Virus record (IMG/VR): IMGVR_UViG_3300017788_000014
Span: 1-64,000 of that record
Length of the DNA: 64,000 nt
From: a virus
Strand: one strand, 5' to 3'
Positions 30,369-40,281 of the stretch are shown here, piece after piece (position 1 is the stretch's first letter; each line of letters starts with the position of its first letter). The notes beneath the pieces were generated by a model. It searched no databases. It worked only from the letters and a program-made list of their open reading frames with translations, and had not been told where the DNA came from. A program made the position numbers and the translations under genes.

Positions 30369-31466
30369 ATGATGACTACAGCAACTCTCGACATTCCGAC
30401 TCAACTCGTTTCCAATACTCCGACAGAATTTCCGACTACGCAGTCGGCTGTTGTTGAAAATACACCAATTCCGCCAAAACCGATCCGCAAAAAGCCCGCG
30501 CCAAAACATGATTTTCGAGACGGGCAGGGCCGCGTATTTGCGCACAAACACGCCCGCGGCGGCGGCTGGGTATCTGACCGAGCAAAAGTAGCCGAAAGCG
30601 TCTACATCGGCCCGAGATGCGGCGTCGGCGGAGAAGCGGTCGTCGAAGGTGATGTGCGCCTCGAAGGCCGCGCAAAAATTAGCGGCCGCGCCTGTGTGCG
30701 CGATTTTGTCGTACTCCGTAAAAACGCACAAATCTATGACCGCGCTGTTGTCGTGGGTAGCAGCATAGTAACCGACGACGCGGCTGTGTATGGCGAAGCC
30801 CGCATTGGCGGCAGATCAGAAATCAGTGGTGGCGCGCACGTACTCGGCAGCGCATTCGTTTGTGAATCGAATATCGGCGGACAGACCGCTGTTTGGGGCG
30901 AAACCCTAATTATCAAAAGCACGCTAAGCGGTCACGGCACGCCGTTATCAAATAGTACCGCCGCCACACGTTTAAGAATTTCGGCCAGAAACAATCCGTG
31001 TTTATGCTTATTTAACTTTGGCCACGTGCAAGACTCACAAATATTCGGCTCGGGTTTTATTTACAATCGAGCCAAAATCATAAACAGCCGAGTCAATTCC
31101 CCCAGCGGAGAATGGTTTGAAATTTTTGACAATGCGACTATTCTCCACGATTCGAGTATTACCACCAATTTCAGAATTGGCGGCAACACCGTGGCTATGC
31201 ACGTATTTTTTTACAGTCCAAGTATGACCGTGTCGCCAATGACGGCGCCGATTACGTTAAATCGGTCACAGGTTTTTATTCGGCTCAGCGTCACAAACAA
31301 CGACGAGTGTGCGCGGCTCACAGAAACGCCGACGACGGCAACGCAAAATCGCCCGCAGCAAGCAGCCGCGGTGCCGCCAATTGCGCAAATTGCACCCACA
31401 CCGAACAGTGCCGGGCCGGTGCAAATTCCCGGTTTTGGCGCTCGTCGCATCATTCGGGCAGACTGA
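30369..31466 (+). CDS. Left-handed beta-helix (hexapeptide repeat) protein
   Basis: 'HARGGGWVSDRAKVAESVYIG' followed by A-x-V-x-G hexapeptides. Confidence 0.7.
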   Translation: MMTTATLDIPTQLVSNTPTEFPTTQSAVVENTPIPPKPIRKKPAPKHDFRDGQGRVFAHKHARGGGWVSDRAKVAESVYIGPRCGVGGEAVVEGDVRLEGRAKISGRACVRDFVVLRKNAQIYDRAVVVGSSIVTDDAAVYGEARIGGRSEISGGAHVLGSAFVCESNIGGQTAVWGETLIIKSTLSGHGTPLSNSTAATRLRISARNNPCLCLFNFGHVQDSQIFGSGFIYNRAKIINSRVNSPSGEWFEIFDNATILHDSSITTNFRIGGNTVAMHVFFYSPSMTVSPMTAPITLNRSQVFIRLSVTNNDECARLTETPTTATQNRPQQAAAVPPIAQIAPTPNSAGPVQIPGFGARRIIRAD

Positions 31467-31473
31467 GGATTTC

Positions 31474-31743
31474 ATGCAAATATTCATTCGACCAAACGGC
31501 GCTGCGCAGTGCGTTTATGCGGATCAACTCCAACCAATTCTGACAACAATTGGCGCCACATCTGTACGCCGCGCCAGCCACGTGGAACCCGACCCTCACG
31601 ACAATGAAAAATGGTTCGTCAATCTCACTCCGGTCGGCGGACCTGTCGAACGCGGATTTGAAACACGCGCGGCGGCATTAGATTTTGAGGTGCAGTGGTT
31701 GCACCAAGCAATGAGCGCCCGGCACGTCCAACACCTATACTGA
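31474..31743 (+). CDS. Conserved small protein of the AAA cassette
   Basis: 'RRASHVEP...WFVNLTPVGGP...FETRAAALDFEVQWL'; GAGG RBS. Confidence 0.7.
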   Translation: MQIFIRPNGAAQCVYADQLQPILTTIGATSVRRASHVEPDPHDNEKWFVNLTPVGGPVERGFETRAAALDFEVQWLHQAMSARHVQHLY

Positions 31744-31750
31744 GAAAATT

Positions 31751-32275
31751 ATGGGAATTGACATTTACATTCTCGACAAAGAAAACGACGAACACGATTG
31801 GCGCGTGCACGATTGTCGCGCGTATTTGCGGGAGGCGTATCACGGCGGGCCGTACGCCACGAAGATTTTATGCCGCGAAGCGTTTGACGCAGACGACTGC
31901 GCCGCAGAAATTCCCGCGGCTATACTGCGCGAAAGACTGACACATGTGACGGAACCGGCCAACTGCTCGTTCGACCACATGGGTGCGTTGATCGCTACGA
32001 TTACAAAAATTATGACGTCGAAAAATCCGCCAGAAGGCAGTTTTGGATTCTCGCTCGACGAAGAGACAATTGCAGAACACAAAGGCAAAATGGCAGACGG
32101 CACGCATCCAATGTCCGTCGAAGAAGCCGTGCGAACGCGATATGAAACCATATATCCAGACTGCACAGAAAACGACATCCAAGAGGCGATTAACAATTTT
32201 CGCGAATTCGTCGCATTTGCAGAAGCGCGTGAGCGCGAAATCGGTAAACCCTGCAAAATTTACGCCAGTTATTGA
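31751..32275 (+). CDS. Hypothetical protein
   Basis: MGIDIY start; 'YLREAYHGGPYAT'. Confidence 0.65.
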   Translation: MGIDIYILDKENDEHDWRVHDCRAYLREAYHGGPYATKILCREAFDADDCAAEIPAAILRERLTHVTEPANCSFDHMGALIATITKIMTSKNPPEGSFGFSLDEETIAEHKGKMADGTHPMSVEEAVRTRYETIYPDCTENDIQEAINNFREFVAFAEAREREIGKPCKIYASY

Positions 32276-32287
32276 AAGGCAAGTTTT

Positions 32288-32653
32288 ATGTCAGAGCAAA
32301 CGTTAAAGTGGACCGATGTGCCGGCGCATATTGTGTTGGCCGCGGCTGATATCTGCGACGGCCACACCATATTTGCCCCCGAGGCGTTTCTTGAAGTTGG
32401 GGTGCCGGCAGAAATGGTGGCTCGCTACACAGTCAAACACGAAAGCGATCTGAGCAACCATAAAGAAACGATCTATGACTGCAATAGCGGCGCGCCGATG
32501 GATGAAACGCACGGAGTGTATGGACTCGCGCTACTCATCGATATGGTGCGCGATTTCGATCTCGGCAATACATACTCTATGGGTCGCGGATTTTTAGCCC
32601 GCGAATGTCAGAAAAAGTTGCACGACAGTCTCGGCGCTAGTTGCGAGAAATGA
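32288..32653 (+). CDS. Hypothetical protein
   Basis: ORF in the tandem gene array. Confidence 0.6.
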   Translation: MSEQTLKWTDVPAHIVLAAADICDGHTIFAPEAFLEVGVPAEMVARYTVKHESDLSNHKETIYDCNSGAPMDETHGVYGLALLIDMVRDFDLGNTYSMGRGFLARECQKKLHDSLGASCEK

Positions 32654-33057
32654 CAACCGGATTGACATGGCGTAGCGCAAAAAAACTGAAATTGTGGCGC
32701 CAATCACCGTGCAAAAATCCGATGTACACGGGGCATCTTGAACCCGGTGTTAATTTTTTTGTGCTCGCGTTAGAGCAGTACGGCGCAACGACCCACTATA
32801 GTTGCGAAGGTCATCCGGCCGGATTTTACGTGCTATTTGAGGCCGATTACGCGCTCGCTATGCGAATTCAAACCGCAGGCTATTTCAGTGTCGAAATTGA
32901 AGGCGAAAACCTGTGGAGTATACGCACAAACGCTGCGGACAAAAAGCGAAAAAATTATGTTTTGACTCACGCTGCCGAAGCGTGGGCAAAACATCTCGGC
33001 CCCGTACGTCGGCCCCGTACGTTGACCAAAAAACAAACACAAGGTCACACGCAATGA
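32650..33057 (+). CDS. Hypothetical protein with a 'T-x-x-SCEGH' motif
   Basis: ATGA coupling; THYSCEGH. Confidence 0.6.
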   Translation: MTTGLTWRSAKKLKLWRQSPCKNPMYTGHLEPGVNFFVLALEQYGATTHYSCEGHPAGFYVLFEADYALAMRIQTAGYFSVEIEGENLWSIRTNAADKKRKNYVLTHAAEAWAKHLGPVRRPRTLTKKQTQGHTQ

Positions 33058-33749
33058 CAACATGTCGAACATATCAAGAAGTAGGGACGGCACTTCGTAA
33101 CCAACAAAGTTTTCGGTACGGACCGTCACAAATAGCCATTCGTTTCAACGTCGGGCAAACGATAAAAAATCCAATATTTCACGAGCCTGAAGCGCCCACG
33201 CTGTCAACAGACTTGCCGCCGTTGCACTATCGATTAAAACTCGTCACAACTGCGCGAACGCAGATTTTGTATTCGCACTCGTACGATTGGCCGCTGTTTA
33301 TTGCAGTGTATCAGGGCAGTCTGCTTATGCCGATGCGCCGCCATTTCGCAAACGACGATTTTGGATTTAACGGCTATAACCGACTGTCGCAGCGCTGTTT
33401 GTTGTCGCACGTTATTGTCAACGAAGACAGCCATCCAATTACCAGTCTCAAAGCGATTGTGCGGCGGCAATTAAACTTTGCGTTGCATCATTATCTTGTG
33501 CTGCGACATGACACGTTTGAGGTCATAAAAACAACGCACAAACTCGCACACGGATTGGCGGCATACATTCGTGATGTCGCGCGTCTGCGTTCGGAAACAC
33601 AATCATTAAACGCCGGCGTCGCCATGTTTTGCGTGCAAAACGAACTGCGCAAAACAAACGCCGCAATTGAACGGCAAAAAACCAAAACTCGCCGGCAATT
33701 TCGTAAAGTGCGCTGCAGCACTATTCACCGCATGGGAGCCATGGTCTAA
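33054..33749 (+). CDS. Hypothetical protein
   Basis: ATGA coupling. Confidence 0.55.
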   Translation: MTTCRTYQEVGTALRNQQSFRYGPSQIAIRFNVGQTIKNPIFHEPEAPTLSTDLPPLHYRLKLVTTARTQILYSHSYDWPLFIAVYQGSLLMPMRRHFANDDFGFNGYNRLSQRCLLSHVIVNEDSHPITSLKAIVRRQLNFALHHYLVLRHDTFEVIKTTHKLAHGLAAYIRDVARLRSETQSLNAGVAMFCVQNELRKTNAAIERQKTKTRRQFRKVRCSTIHRMGAMV

Positions 33750-33751
33750 CA

Positions 33752-34228
33752 ATGCGAGACATCCAAACTGACAAATTGACGTACATGATGGGCCTGCTCG
33801 ACGAAACGCGGCAGGAAGTCACCATCTCCGACATCGACGAATTCATTTTCAAAATTATCGAAGCCGCGCAGAATTGCGAATACGGCTACGAAGCCAATTT
33901 AATTGCCGCGTTAGTTGACGCCAGAAACACACTGGCTGAACACGAATCCGAGGATGACGAAATCGAATCCGGAGTGTCGCGTTTAGCAGCCGAAAATCGT
34001 TACGTCGAAAAACAAATCGAGACGTATCTAGAAGCCGGCTACGCTGATGATTATGCGCAAGAATCAGCGTCGTGGCCGGACGTACTGCCGTTGGACGCTA
34101 ACTGGCCAGTCGACCTGCTAGACGAATTGGCGCGACAAGATGTCGTACGGCAGACAGTCGTACACGATCAAATCCTCCGAGAAATGCAAAAAAGCCAAGA
34201 ACTGAAACAGGCGCAAAATGACAATTGA
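33752..34228 (+). CDS. Hypothetical acidic protein
   Basis: ORF in the tandem gene array. Confidence 0.6.
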   Translation: MRDIQTDKLTYMMGLLDETRQEVTISDIDEFIFKIIEAAQNCEYGYEANLIAALVDARNTLAEHESEDDEIESGVSRLAAENRYVEKQIETYLEAGYADDYAQESASWPDVLPLDANWPVDLLDELARQDVVRQTVVHDQILREMQKSQELKQAQNDN

Positions 34229-34424
34229 CGACGCAATTGACAACCTACAACGCGCCAAGGCCCGCGGCGTAAAAAGCATTATTTTGGCGTACTGGACGGC
34301 TGAAACGTTTGACCGATCAGACGACGAAAACTGGCAAACAGACGCCGAAATTGTCGAAGACAAATTCGATTGGTCGGCTACGCACTCAGACTTGATGTCA
34401 TGTCGTGATTTGTACGGAGCATAA
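34218..34424 (+). CDS. Hypothetical protein
   Basis: Short ORF overlapping the upstream stop. Confidence 0.5.
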   Translation: MTIDDAIDNLQRAKARGVKSIILAYWTAETFDRSDDENWQTDAEIVEDKFDWSATHSDLMSCRDLYGA

Positions 34425-34425
34425 A

Positions 34426-34764
34426 ATGGACGAACAAAAAAACGACGACAACGATAATCTAATCTATATTGGCACGATGAACAGCCCAAACGGCGGTACG
34501 CGTCCTTGGTTTGTGACAAAAGACATCAAGGCAAAGATGGATGCGCACCCATTTGAATCAAAAACCGATTTTGAGCGTTGCGTGTCAGCGCTACTCATAA
34601 CGTTTATAGAAGAAATGCTCGAAGGTTTAACGCCAAACACACCAGAGTACGAAAAGCGGCGCAAACAAGTAATAGCGTGGGTGAAGGCAAAGTTAGACGA
34701 AGAAGAACAGCAAGAAAAATCAGCGCAGCAAGATAACGAGACAAATAAACGACAGCCAGATTAA
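34426..34764 (+). CDS. Hypothetical protein
   Basis: GGAG RBS. Confidence 0.55.
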   Translation: MDEQKNDDNDNLIYIGTMNSPNGGTRPWFVTKDIKAKMDAHPFESKTDFERCVSALLITFIEEMLEGLTPNTPEYEKRRKQVIAWVKAKLDEEEQQEKSAQQDNETNKRQPD

Positions 34765-34777
34765 GGAACCAAACAAA

Positions 34778-35368
34778 ATGAGTCTTGAAATGACGTTAAA
34801 GCGCGTTGCAGTTATGCAGCATAAACATCGCGCAGTAAAAATCAATCGACGAGCAAAACGGCAGGAATCAACAGGGCTAGAAAAAGCCGCGTTCGAGCAA
34901 TCGAAAATACCAGAAATGTGGGAAACCGTAGCGCATATTGAAATACCGAATCCGGCGCCAGAAGAGATTGCAGGCACAATGGTGCAGTTGAAAGATTTGA
35001 AAATACCTTGGTCACAAGTAAATCACACGGGCGCCGGATTGGAATTGTATGACAGAAATGACGCAATAGCGCTCTGGTCCGTCGGCGTGGAATCACACAA
35101 AACCAAAACCGGCGGCGCGCTGCTCACGTACCGCGCTAGCGGATATAAGTTCGGTTTTTGCGAGCAATACAACACCGCAGAAAACGGACCAAATAACGCC
35201 GAAATTCAATTTGTCGAAACATTCTTGAAGTGGCTGGCGCGAAGAATTCCGCAGACCACACTGATTGATTTAGGTATTGATTTTGACGAAATTGAGACGA
35301 TTGAAAAAGAACTCGACGACGCATTGACGGCAGCACAGAAACCGAAAAGAAAAATTTCACGAGTGTAA
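34778..35368 (+). CDS. Hypothetical protein
   Basis: AAGGA RBS; 196 aa. Confidence 0.6.
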   Translation: MSLEMTLKRVAVMQHKHRAVKINRRAKRQESTGLEKAAFEQSKIPEMWETVAHIEIPNPAPEEIAGTMVQLKDLKIPWSQVNHTGAGLELYDRNDAIALWSVGVESHKTKTGGALLTYRASGYKFGFCEQYNTAENGPNNAEIQFVETFLKWLARRIPQTTLIDLGIDFDEIETIEKELDDALTAAQKPKRKISRV

Positions 35369-35369
35369 C

Positions 35370-35630
35370 ATGTACGTAGCCCACCCAAATGAAGTACCGC
35401 CAAAACACGTATTGCAATGGTGTCAAAACTTAGTCGACCCAAGCCGACAAAACGGCATTTGGGGTATTCCAAGATCGCAAATTTTTTTCCGCATCGACAA
35501 AGACAACAAAACGTTGGTGCTGATAATTGGCGAAAAAACAGAGCCCGATTTTATTGCTACAAAACGGGTTTTTCAACATATCGGCTGGCGGGTTGTAACA
35601 GAACAAGAATTCGTAGCCGAAAATAACTAA
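35370..35630 (+). CDS. Hypothetical protein
   Basis: ORF in the tandem gene array. Confidence 0.6.
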   Translation: MYVAHPNEVPPKHVLQWCQNLVDPSRQNGIWGIPRSQIFFRIDKDNKTLVLIIGEKTEPDFIATKRVFQHIGWRVVTEQEFVAENN

Positions 35631-35640
35631 AGGTCACACA

Positions 35641-36033
35641 ATGTCAACAACAAGTTGTAACAAACGAATGCGCATAGCCAATAAACAGGTTTTACAAATA
35701 CTAACCACACAAGCACATCGGCGGCAGTACAATCGGCGCTTTTCAACAGAGTTCGTCGAATCGTTGCCAGAAAATGTGAACTTTATTATCGAGCCCATTC
35801 TGGTTCACGAACATTGCGGCGGTAAAAGTTGTGAACCCCACATGCGCTGTTTCGTGTATTTGCCGAATAAACTCGACGGTACTGTCGATGAAATGGCTGA
35901 TAGTGGTTTTCAAATTCGAATCATCGATGTCGACATGAACATGTTTTCGTGCCTGCCAAATGCCGTAGATTTCTCAGACAGCGCCGACGAATCTGTCGGC
36001 GAGTCTGATGCTTCGACAACCGCTGAACTTTGA
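35641..36033 (+). CDS. Hypothetical protein
   Basis: AAGG RBS; HEH..C..HMRC motif. Confidence 0.6.
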   Translation: MSTTSCNKRMRIANKQVLQILTTQAHRRQYNRRFSTEFVESLPENVNFIIEPILVHEHCGGKSCEPHMRCFVYLPNKLDGTVDEMADSGFQIRIIDVDMNMFSCLPNAVDFSDSADESVGESDASTTAEL

Positions 36034-36052
36034 TAGTCCTACGCCAGTTGTC

Positions 36053-36164
36053 TTCTTTCTCTAGAGAAAGAAAATCTTTTCATCTACGAAGTAGATGAGC
36101 ATAGTACGGGCAAATGTCGCACTTAGGGGTCTGTTTTGCATGTTTCGTCGAGGCAAAACACCCC
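36053..36164. other. Cluster of inverted repeats in an intergenic region (candidate replication origin)
   Basis: Perfect 20-bp palindrome at 36053-72, GAA-loop hairpin at 36080-98, and a hairpin at ~36127-64. Confidence 0.45.
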
Positions 36165-36242
36165 GTTGGTAAGATACGCAATTTGAGAGCGCAGCCTGAA
36201 AAAATTTTGGCGCGGCCGCGATATTCCCCAAGAAAACCGCTA

Positions 36243-36270
36243 TTGACGCGTGTTTTTTCGCGGCTATACT
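36243..36270 (+). promoter_or_regulatory. Sigma70-like promoter
   Basis: TTGACG-N16-TATACT upstream of the gene at 36308. Confidence 0.6.
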
Positions 36271-36307
36271 GCTTCACTTTGCCGCAGCACACCGACAGGG
36301 AAATGTC

Positions 36308-36649
36308 GTGTTAGCCCAAATCGCCAGCATTTCTCGTTTCGAGGCCGCGACGCCGAATCAGCCGTCCTCGTTTGAACTTGCGGCGGGTCCGCACAAAGTC
36401 ATTTTTCGTGACGCTGTCAGCAGTTCGACGGTCGTGCAGTGCGAGGGCATTTTCTTTTTCGGCGACACGATTGAAATTCTTGGGCCGGCCACAATAGTCT
36501 ATGCTGAACTTCCGCAGGTGTATGCGCGACCGACCGAACGCACTCGCGGCATGCAAACTTCGACTTGCGCCGCCATAATTTTACGTGACGATCCAAAAGT
36601 ACGTTCCGTCGACGCGAGCAAGGACGCTACGCATGCTCAAAAGAATTAA
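36308..36649 (+). CDS. Hypothetical protein
   Basis: GTG start downstream of the promoter. Confidence 0.5.
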   Translation: MLAQIASISRFEAATPNQPSSFELAAGPHKVIFRDAVSSSTVVQCEGIFFFGDTIEILGPATIVYAELPQVYARPTERTRGMQTSTCAAIILRDDPKVRSVDASKDATHAQKN

Positions 36650-37145
36650 GAACCCAAAACGTAATGATCGGTGTCCTTGCGGGAGCGGTAGAAAATACAA
36701 GTTTTGCTGCATCAATCACGCCCAATCGCTTTCGACGCCTGTGCTACCGCCAAAAATGCAGGCCCGCCAATTGGATTACATCGATACCGGCGAAGACCCC
36801 GTGCGCTATGTTATTGCCGATCGCATTGGCACCAGTTTTTTCTCGACAAAAGACAACAAAGTCATCGTATTTAAAAACCGCGCCGACGCGTTTGTTATTG
36901 CCACGTTGCCCGATTTTGAAGACCAAGAAGTCGGTGAAATCAACGTAGCGGGAGTCGGCGAAACCAAGTGGCGTAAATTACAGGAAAAACTTCCGTACGT
37001 CGAAGTCGAAGATGCCGAGACGGCCGTAGCACTTGTGCGCGAAAGAATTGAGTATGCCAAAGAGCAGATGGATTCGATGGAGTTGCCCGGAGAATCGGCG
37101 CACGACGCTTCTGCCGACGAGGATGAAAATTTAACCGCGGAGTAA
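36633..37145 (+). CDS. SEC-C motif protein
   Basis: RNDRCPCGSGRKYKFCC. Confidence 0.85.
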   Translation: MLKRIKNPKRNDRCPCGSGRKYKFCCINHAQSLSTPVLPPKMQARQLDYIDTGEDPVRYVIADRIGTSFFSTKDNKVIVFKNRADAFVIATLPDFEDQEVGEINVAGVGETKWRKLQEKLPYVEVEDAETAVALVRERIEYAKEQMDSMELPGESAHDASADEDENLTAE

Positions 37146-37148
37146 ATT

Positions 37149-38195
37149 GTGGCTCACTTTGTTCGCGACCTAAACGCGATCGCCGCCCGTTGTCTTCGGC
37201 GGCGTTTTTCTTTTATGCGCGTGATGACCCGAGCCAGTCATTGCGTCGCCCGGCTCTGTGTTTACGGCGAGCGGGCGTCAAGTAACAAGTACGTCGCCCG
37301 TGAAATTCGGCGCGTACATAGATTATGGGTGCAACGCGTGCACACACTGTGCGCGCACAATCTTTGGCTTCCGCTGCGGGACGCCGTGGTGGGCGAATTG
37401 GCCATCGAACCGGCGAGCATTATTTTTGCTTTTCGGCGCATGGTGTATTGCCGCCCGGCGTTTGCGCTCATGCGGGCGAAACGCAACAAACAGGGCGAAC
37501 TGATTCGCTACAAGCCCTGTAAAAAATTCAACTTTTGCCCGCATTGTTTTGCGGCTGTTGTGTCTTCGCAATATCGTGTTTTCAAAGGCGCGATTAATTC
37601 GTGGTGCAGAAAGAACTCTGAGCCCTTGTACGTCACGGCCCATATTGTCGAGCAGTATGTGCCAGCGACGGATTTTGAGTTGATCAAGTTCAACCCGCCA
37701 GAGCGCCTGCAGGGTTTTATCGAAGAATTATCGGGGTTGCTGGATGAATATCGCCGGCATCTTTCACGGCAGCGGCGATCGCGGCGTTGGCGCTGCGTCG
37801 GTTCGATGTGGCGGCTGGCCGTTCTGCCCGAGGTGTCCGGCTGGCGCGTGCAGTTGCGGCAGTTGGTGCTGGCGACCGAAAACCGCCCGCCGCGATTCAA
37901 GTACCCCCGCAATGCCCGCGTGGTGTATCACACGCGGATTGCCGTAGACGGCAGCCTGCCGTGGGCGGAACGCCGTGGCACGGACATCGAGACAGACGTC
38001 GCCGATATGTTCATGCGTGCGGCGATGTATCCGTACAATTTGCTGACGGCCGATCCAGAATTGGTCGCCGTGCAATTACATGCGACGATGGACCGGCGCA
38101 TGATGGACGGCACCGGCGTATTGCGCAAATCCGGCGATCGGAGAATTCGCGAGTTCGCCGCGGTGTCAAAAACAAAGAAAGAAAACAACGCCTGA
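37149..38195 (+). CDS. Basic protein resembling a degenerate rolling-circle Rep (HUH fold)
   Basis: C...CxxxxxCPxC; 'GWRVQLRQLVL' where Reps have wHxHxH; 'RRMMDGTGVLR'. Confidence 0.4.
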   Translation: MAHFVRDLNAIAARCLRRRFSFMRVMTRASHCVARLCVYGERASSNKYVAREIRRVHRLWVQRVHTLCAHNLWLPLRDAVVGELAIEPASIIFAFRRMVYCRPAFALMRAKRNKQGELIRYKPCKKFNFCPHCFAAVVSSQYRVFKGAINSWCRKNSEPLYVTAHIVEQYVPATDFELIKFNPPERLQGFIEELSGLLDEYRRHLSRQRRSRRWRCVGSMWRLAVLPEVSGWRVQLRQLVLATENRPPRFKYPRNARVVYHTRIAVDGSLPWAERRGTDIETDVADMFMRAAMYPYNLLTADPELVAVQLHATMDRRMMDGTGVLRKSGDRRIREFAAVSKTKKENNA

Positions 38196-38276
38196 TTCGG
38201 CGTGCCCTTGTCGAGGATTATGGCCGCGCATTGCCGCGCCTGTTCGACACCTACAAAAACTACGTTGGACAATCAC

Positions 38277-39320
38277 ATGAGTGCTTTTATTGACAAATTA
38301 GAGAAGGGGCTGGCGGCGTTGTTTGCGCTTTCCAGTCCGACGGAACTTGTCGAACTGCGGCAGCGGTTTATTGACGCCGGCTTGGCACCGGAAACTGCCG
38401 ACAAGACTGTTTGGGCTATTGTGGTGTCGTTTCTGGAGGCGTGGGCCGACGGCGACGAAGCGACACCGGCCTTGTTTGACAACATTGTAGAGGCGACGAT
38501 CTCCAGCCAATTTCCCGAGCCGCCAGCGCCAGAACCAGAAGCCGTCGCCCCGCCTGTGTCTGCTGCGCATGCGCCTGAACTTTTGCATCCGGCACATGTG
38601 CGCCGAGTGTTTCAGCCGGCGCCATTTTCAATCGAGGTAGCGACGCAGTTCGACATTGCGGTCGTTAAGTTTGTCGGGCAATTATCGGGTTTTCGCTATA
38701 GTCACGAAATGCCGGGTTTTTGTTTCGACAATGGTCTCGACACGCTCACCGTGTTGCTCGAAACGGGCGAACTGGTGTTTGTGCCCAAAACTGATTTTAT
38801 TTCGACGGCGATTTCGTTGGACCCGGAAGATTACGAAGACGTGTCGCCGCTGCTGATGTTGAATTTGCGCGTGTTGTGCCAGAGTTTGCTGCGCGCCGGA
38901 CTGATCAGCAAAGAGCAGTCCGATTTCATTTGCTCGGAAAGATTCGGCAAGTTTAAAGCACCCGTTTCGGCGCTGATTGTCTCGGGTACTCGCGTCGCCG
39001 ATATTGAGCGAGTTTTTAAAGACAGCGTGACCACGGGAGTTTCCAATTCTGCGGCGTCTGCTGCAGCGGGGCTGCGGTGCAAGGTTACCACGGCAGATTC
39101 GAAAAATTACTATGTTGCATTGCAAATTTATTCTGGTACAAAAGAGCCGTACCTGACTAGCCGCATAACGCAAATAGACGCCGACGGACGAGAAATAGTT
39201 GTGATGCGCGCCGATGCCCCGCGATTATTCACGGTATTTGGCGCGTATGTGTTTCCGCTTGAAAATTCGTTGGTTTCGTTGTCGATTTTGCCTGCGGCCG
39301 AACAACGGAGGGACTCGTGA
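38277..39320 (+). CDS. Hypothetical protein
   Basis: 347-aa ORF coupled to the next gene. Confidence 0.65.
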   Translation: MSAFIDKLEKGLAALFALSSPTELVELRQRFIDAGLAPETADKTVWAIVVSFLEAWADGDEATPALFDNIVEATISSQFPEPPAPEPEAVAPPVSAAHAPELLHPAHVRRVFQPAPFSIEVATQFDIAVVKFVGQLSGFRYSHEMPGFCFDNGLDTLTVLLETGELVFVPKTDFISTAISLDPEDYEDVSPLLMLNLRVLCQSLLRAGLISKEQSDFICSERFGKFKAPVSALIVSGTRVADIERVFKDSVTTGVSNSAASAAAGLRCKVTTADSKNYYVALQIYSGTKEPYLTSRITQIDADGREIVVMRADAPRLFTVFGAYVFPLENSLVSLSILPAAEQRRDS

Positions 39321-39685
39321 GTACTTTTGATTTCAACGAAGACATCGACGACGAGAACAGGCCCGGCCACGAATCTGCGGAGCAACTGTATTCGTTCGAA
39401 GATTACCTCACCGTGCGGGCGTTGCTGGGTATGCATTTTGGCGAGCGCGTTGGTGACGACATTTACAACTTGATGCAGCGCGTCAGTAAAAAAATTGCCG
39501 CAGAAATGGGCGGAATGCCCGGTATTATTTTCAACGACGACGGCGGCGAATTCGTCAGTTTTGACGAGTCGTTTTTTGCTGACGAGTCGGAAGACGACGA
39601 GGACGAATCAGACATCGGTTTGTCCGATGACGACGATGATCCGAGTTTTGGCGAATACGATTCCGGAGAAGATTGGAAATCCTGA
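39317..39685 (+). CDS. Acidic hypothetical protein
   Basis: GGAGG RBS, GTGA overlap. Confidence 0.6.
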   Translation: MSTFDFNEDIDDENRPGHESAEQLYSFEDYLTVRALLGMHFGERVGDDIYNLMQRVSKKIAAEMGGMPGIIFNDDGGEFVSFDESFFADESEDDEDESDIGLSDDDDDPSFGEYDSGEDWKS

Positions 39686-40281
39686 TGTACTTATTCATGG
39701 ATACGGAAACCGGCGGGCTGTCGCCAAAATACAGCCTGCTGACGGCGTCGTTTATCCTTGTTGACGAAAAATTCGAGGTCATAGCCAAACCGCTGTACCT
39801 CGAATTAAAACACGAAGAATACGTGGTGACTTCCGGCGCATTAAACGTCAATCACATCAATCTTGCTGAACACCACAAAACGGCAACCGCGCTAGACGAA
39901 GCGCGGGCCGTTTTCGTCGACTTTGTTCGGACGGCAATTAATGTCGCACAAAAGAAACGGCTTGTTCCCGCCGGGCACAACGTAGGTTTCGACGTGCAAT
40001 TTGTGCGCGCGTACCTGTGCCCGGCGGAACTATGGGATGATTTTTTTACGTATCCCATGTTTGACACCGCTGTTATTGCACGATTCATGCATGCGGCCGG
40101 TTTTATTGCGAACACATACTCGTTGCCAACGTTGCGGCAGAAATATCTGCCCGACATTTCCGGCGACGCCCATAACGCAGAAATTGACAACGTGACGACG
40201 ATTGAGTTGGCACGAAAGTTTCTGAGCATGACGGATTGTGCATCGCATACAGTGGGCGCGCCGACGCCCCGGGGTTTGTAA
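39685..40281 (+). CDS. DEDDh 3'-5' exonuclease (DnaQ-like)
   Basis: Motifs DTETGG, GHNVGFD and HNAEID. Confidence 0.9.
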   Translation: MYLFMDTETGGLSPKYSLLTASFILVDEKFEVIAKPLYLELKHEEYVVTSGALNVNHINLAEHHKTATALDEARAVFVDFVRTAINVAQKKRLVPAGHNVGFDVQFVRAYLCPAELWDDFFTYPMFDTAVIARFMHAAGFIANTYSLPTLRQKYLPDISGDAHNAEIDNVTTIELARKFLSMTDCASHTVGAPTPRGL

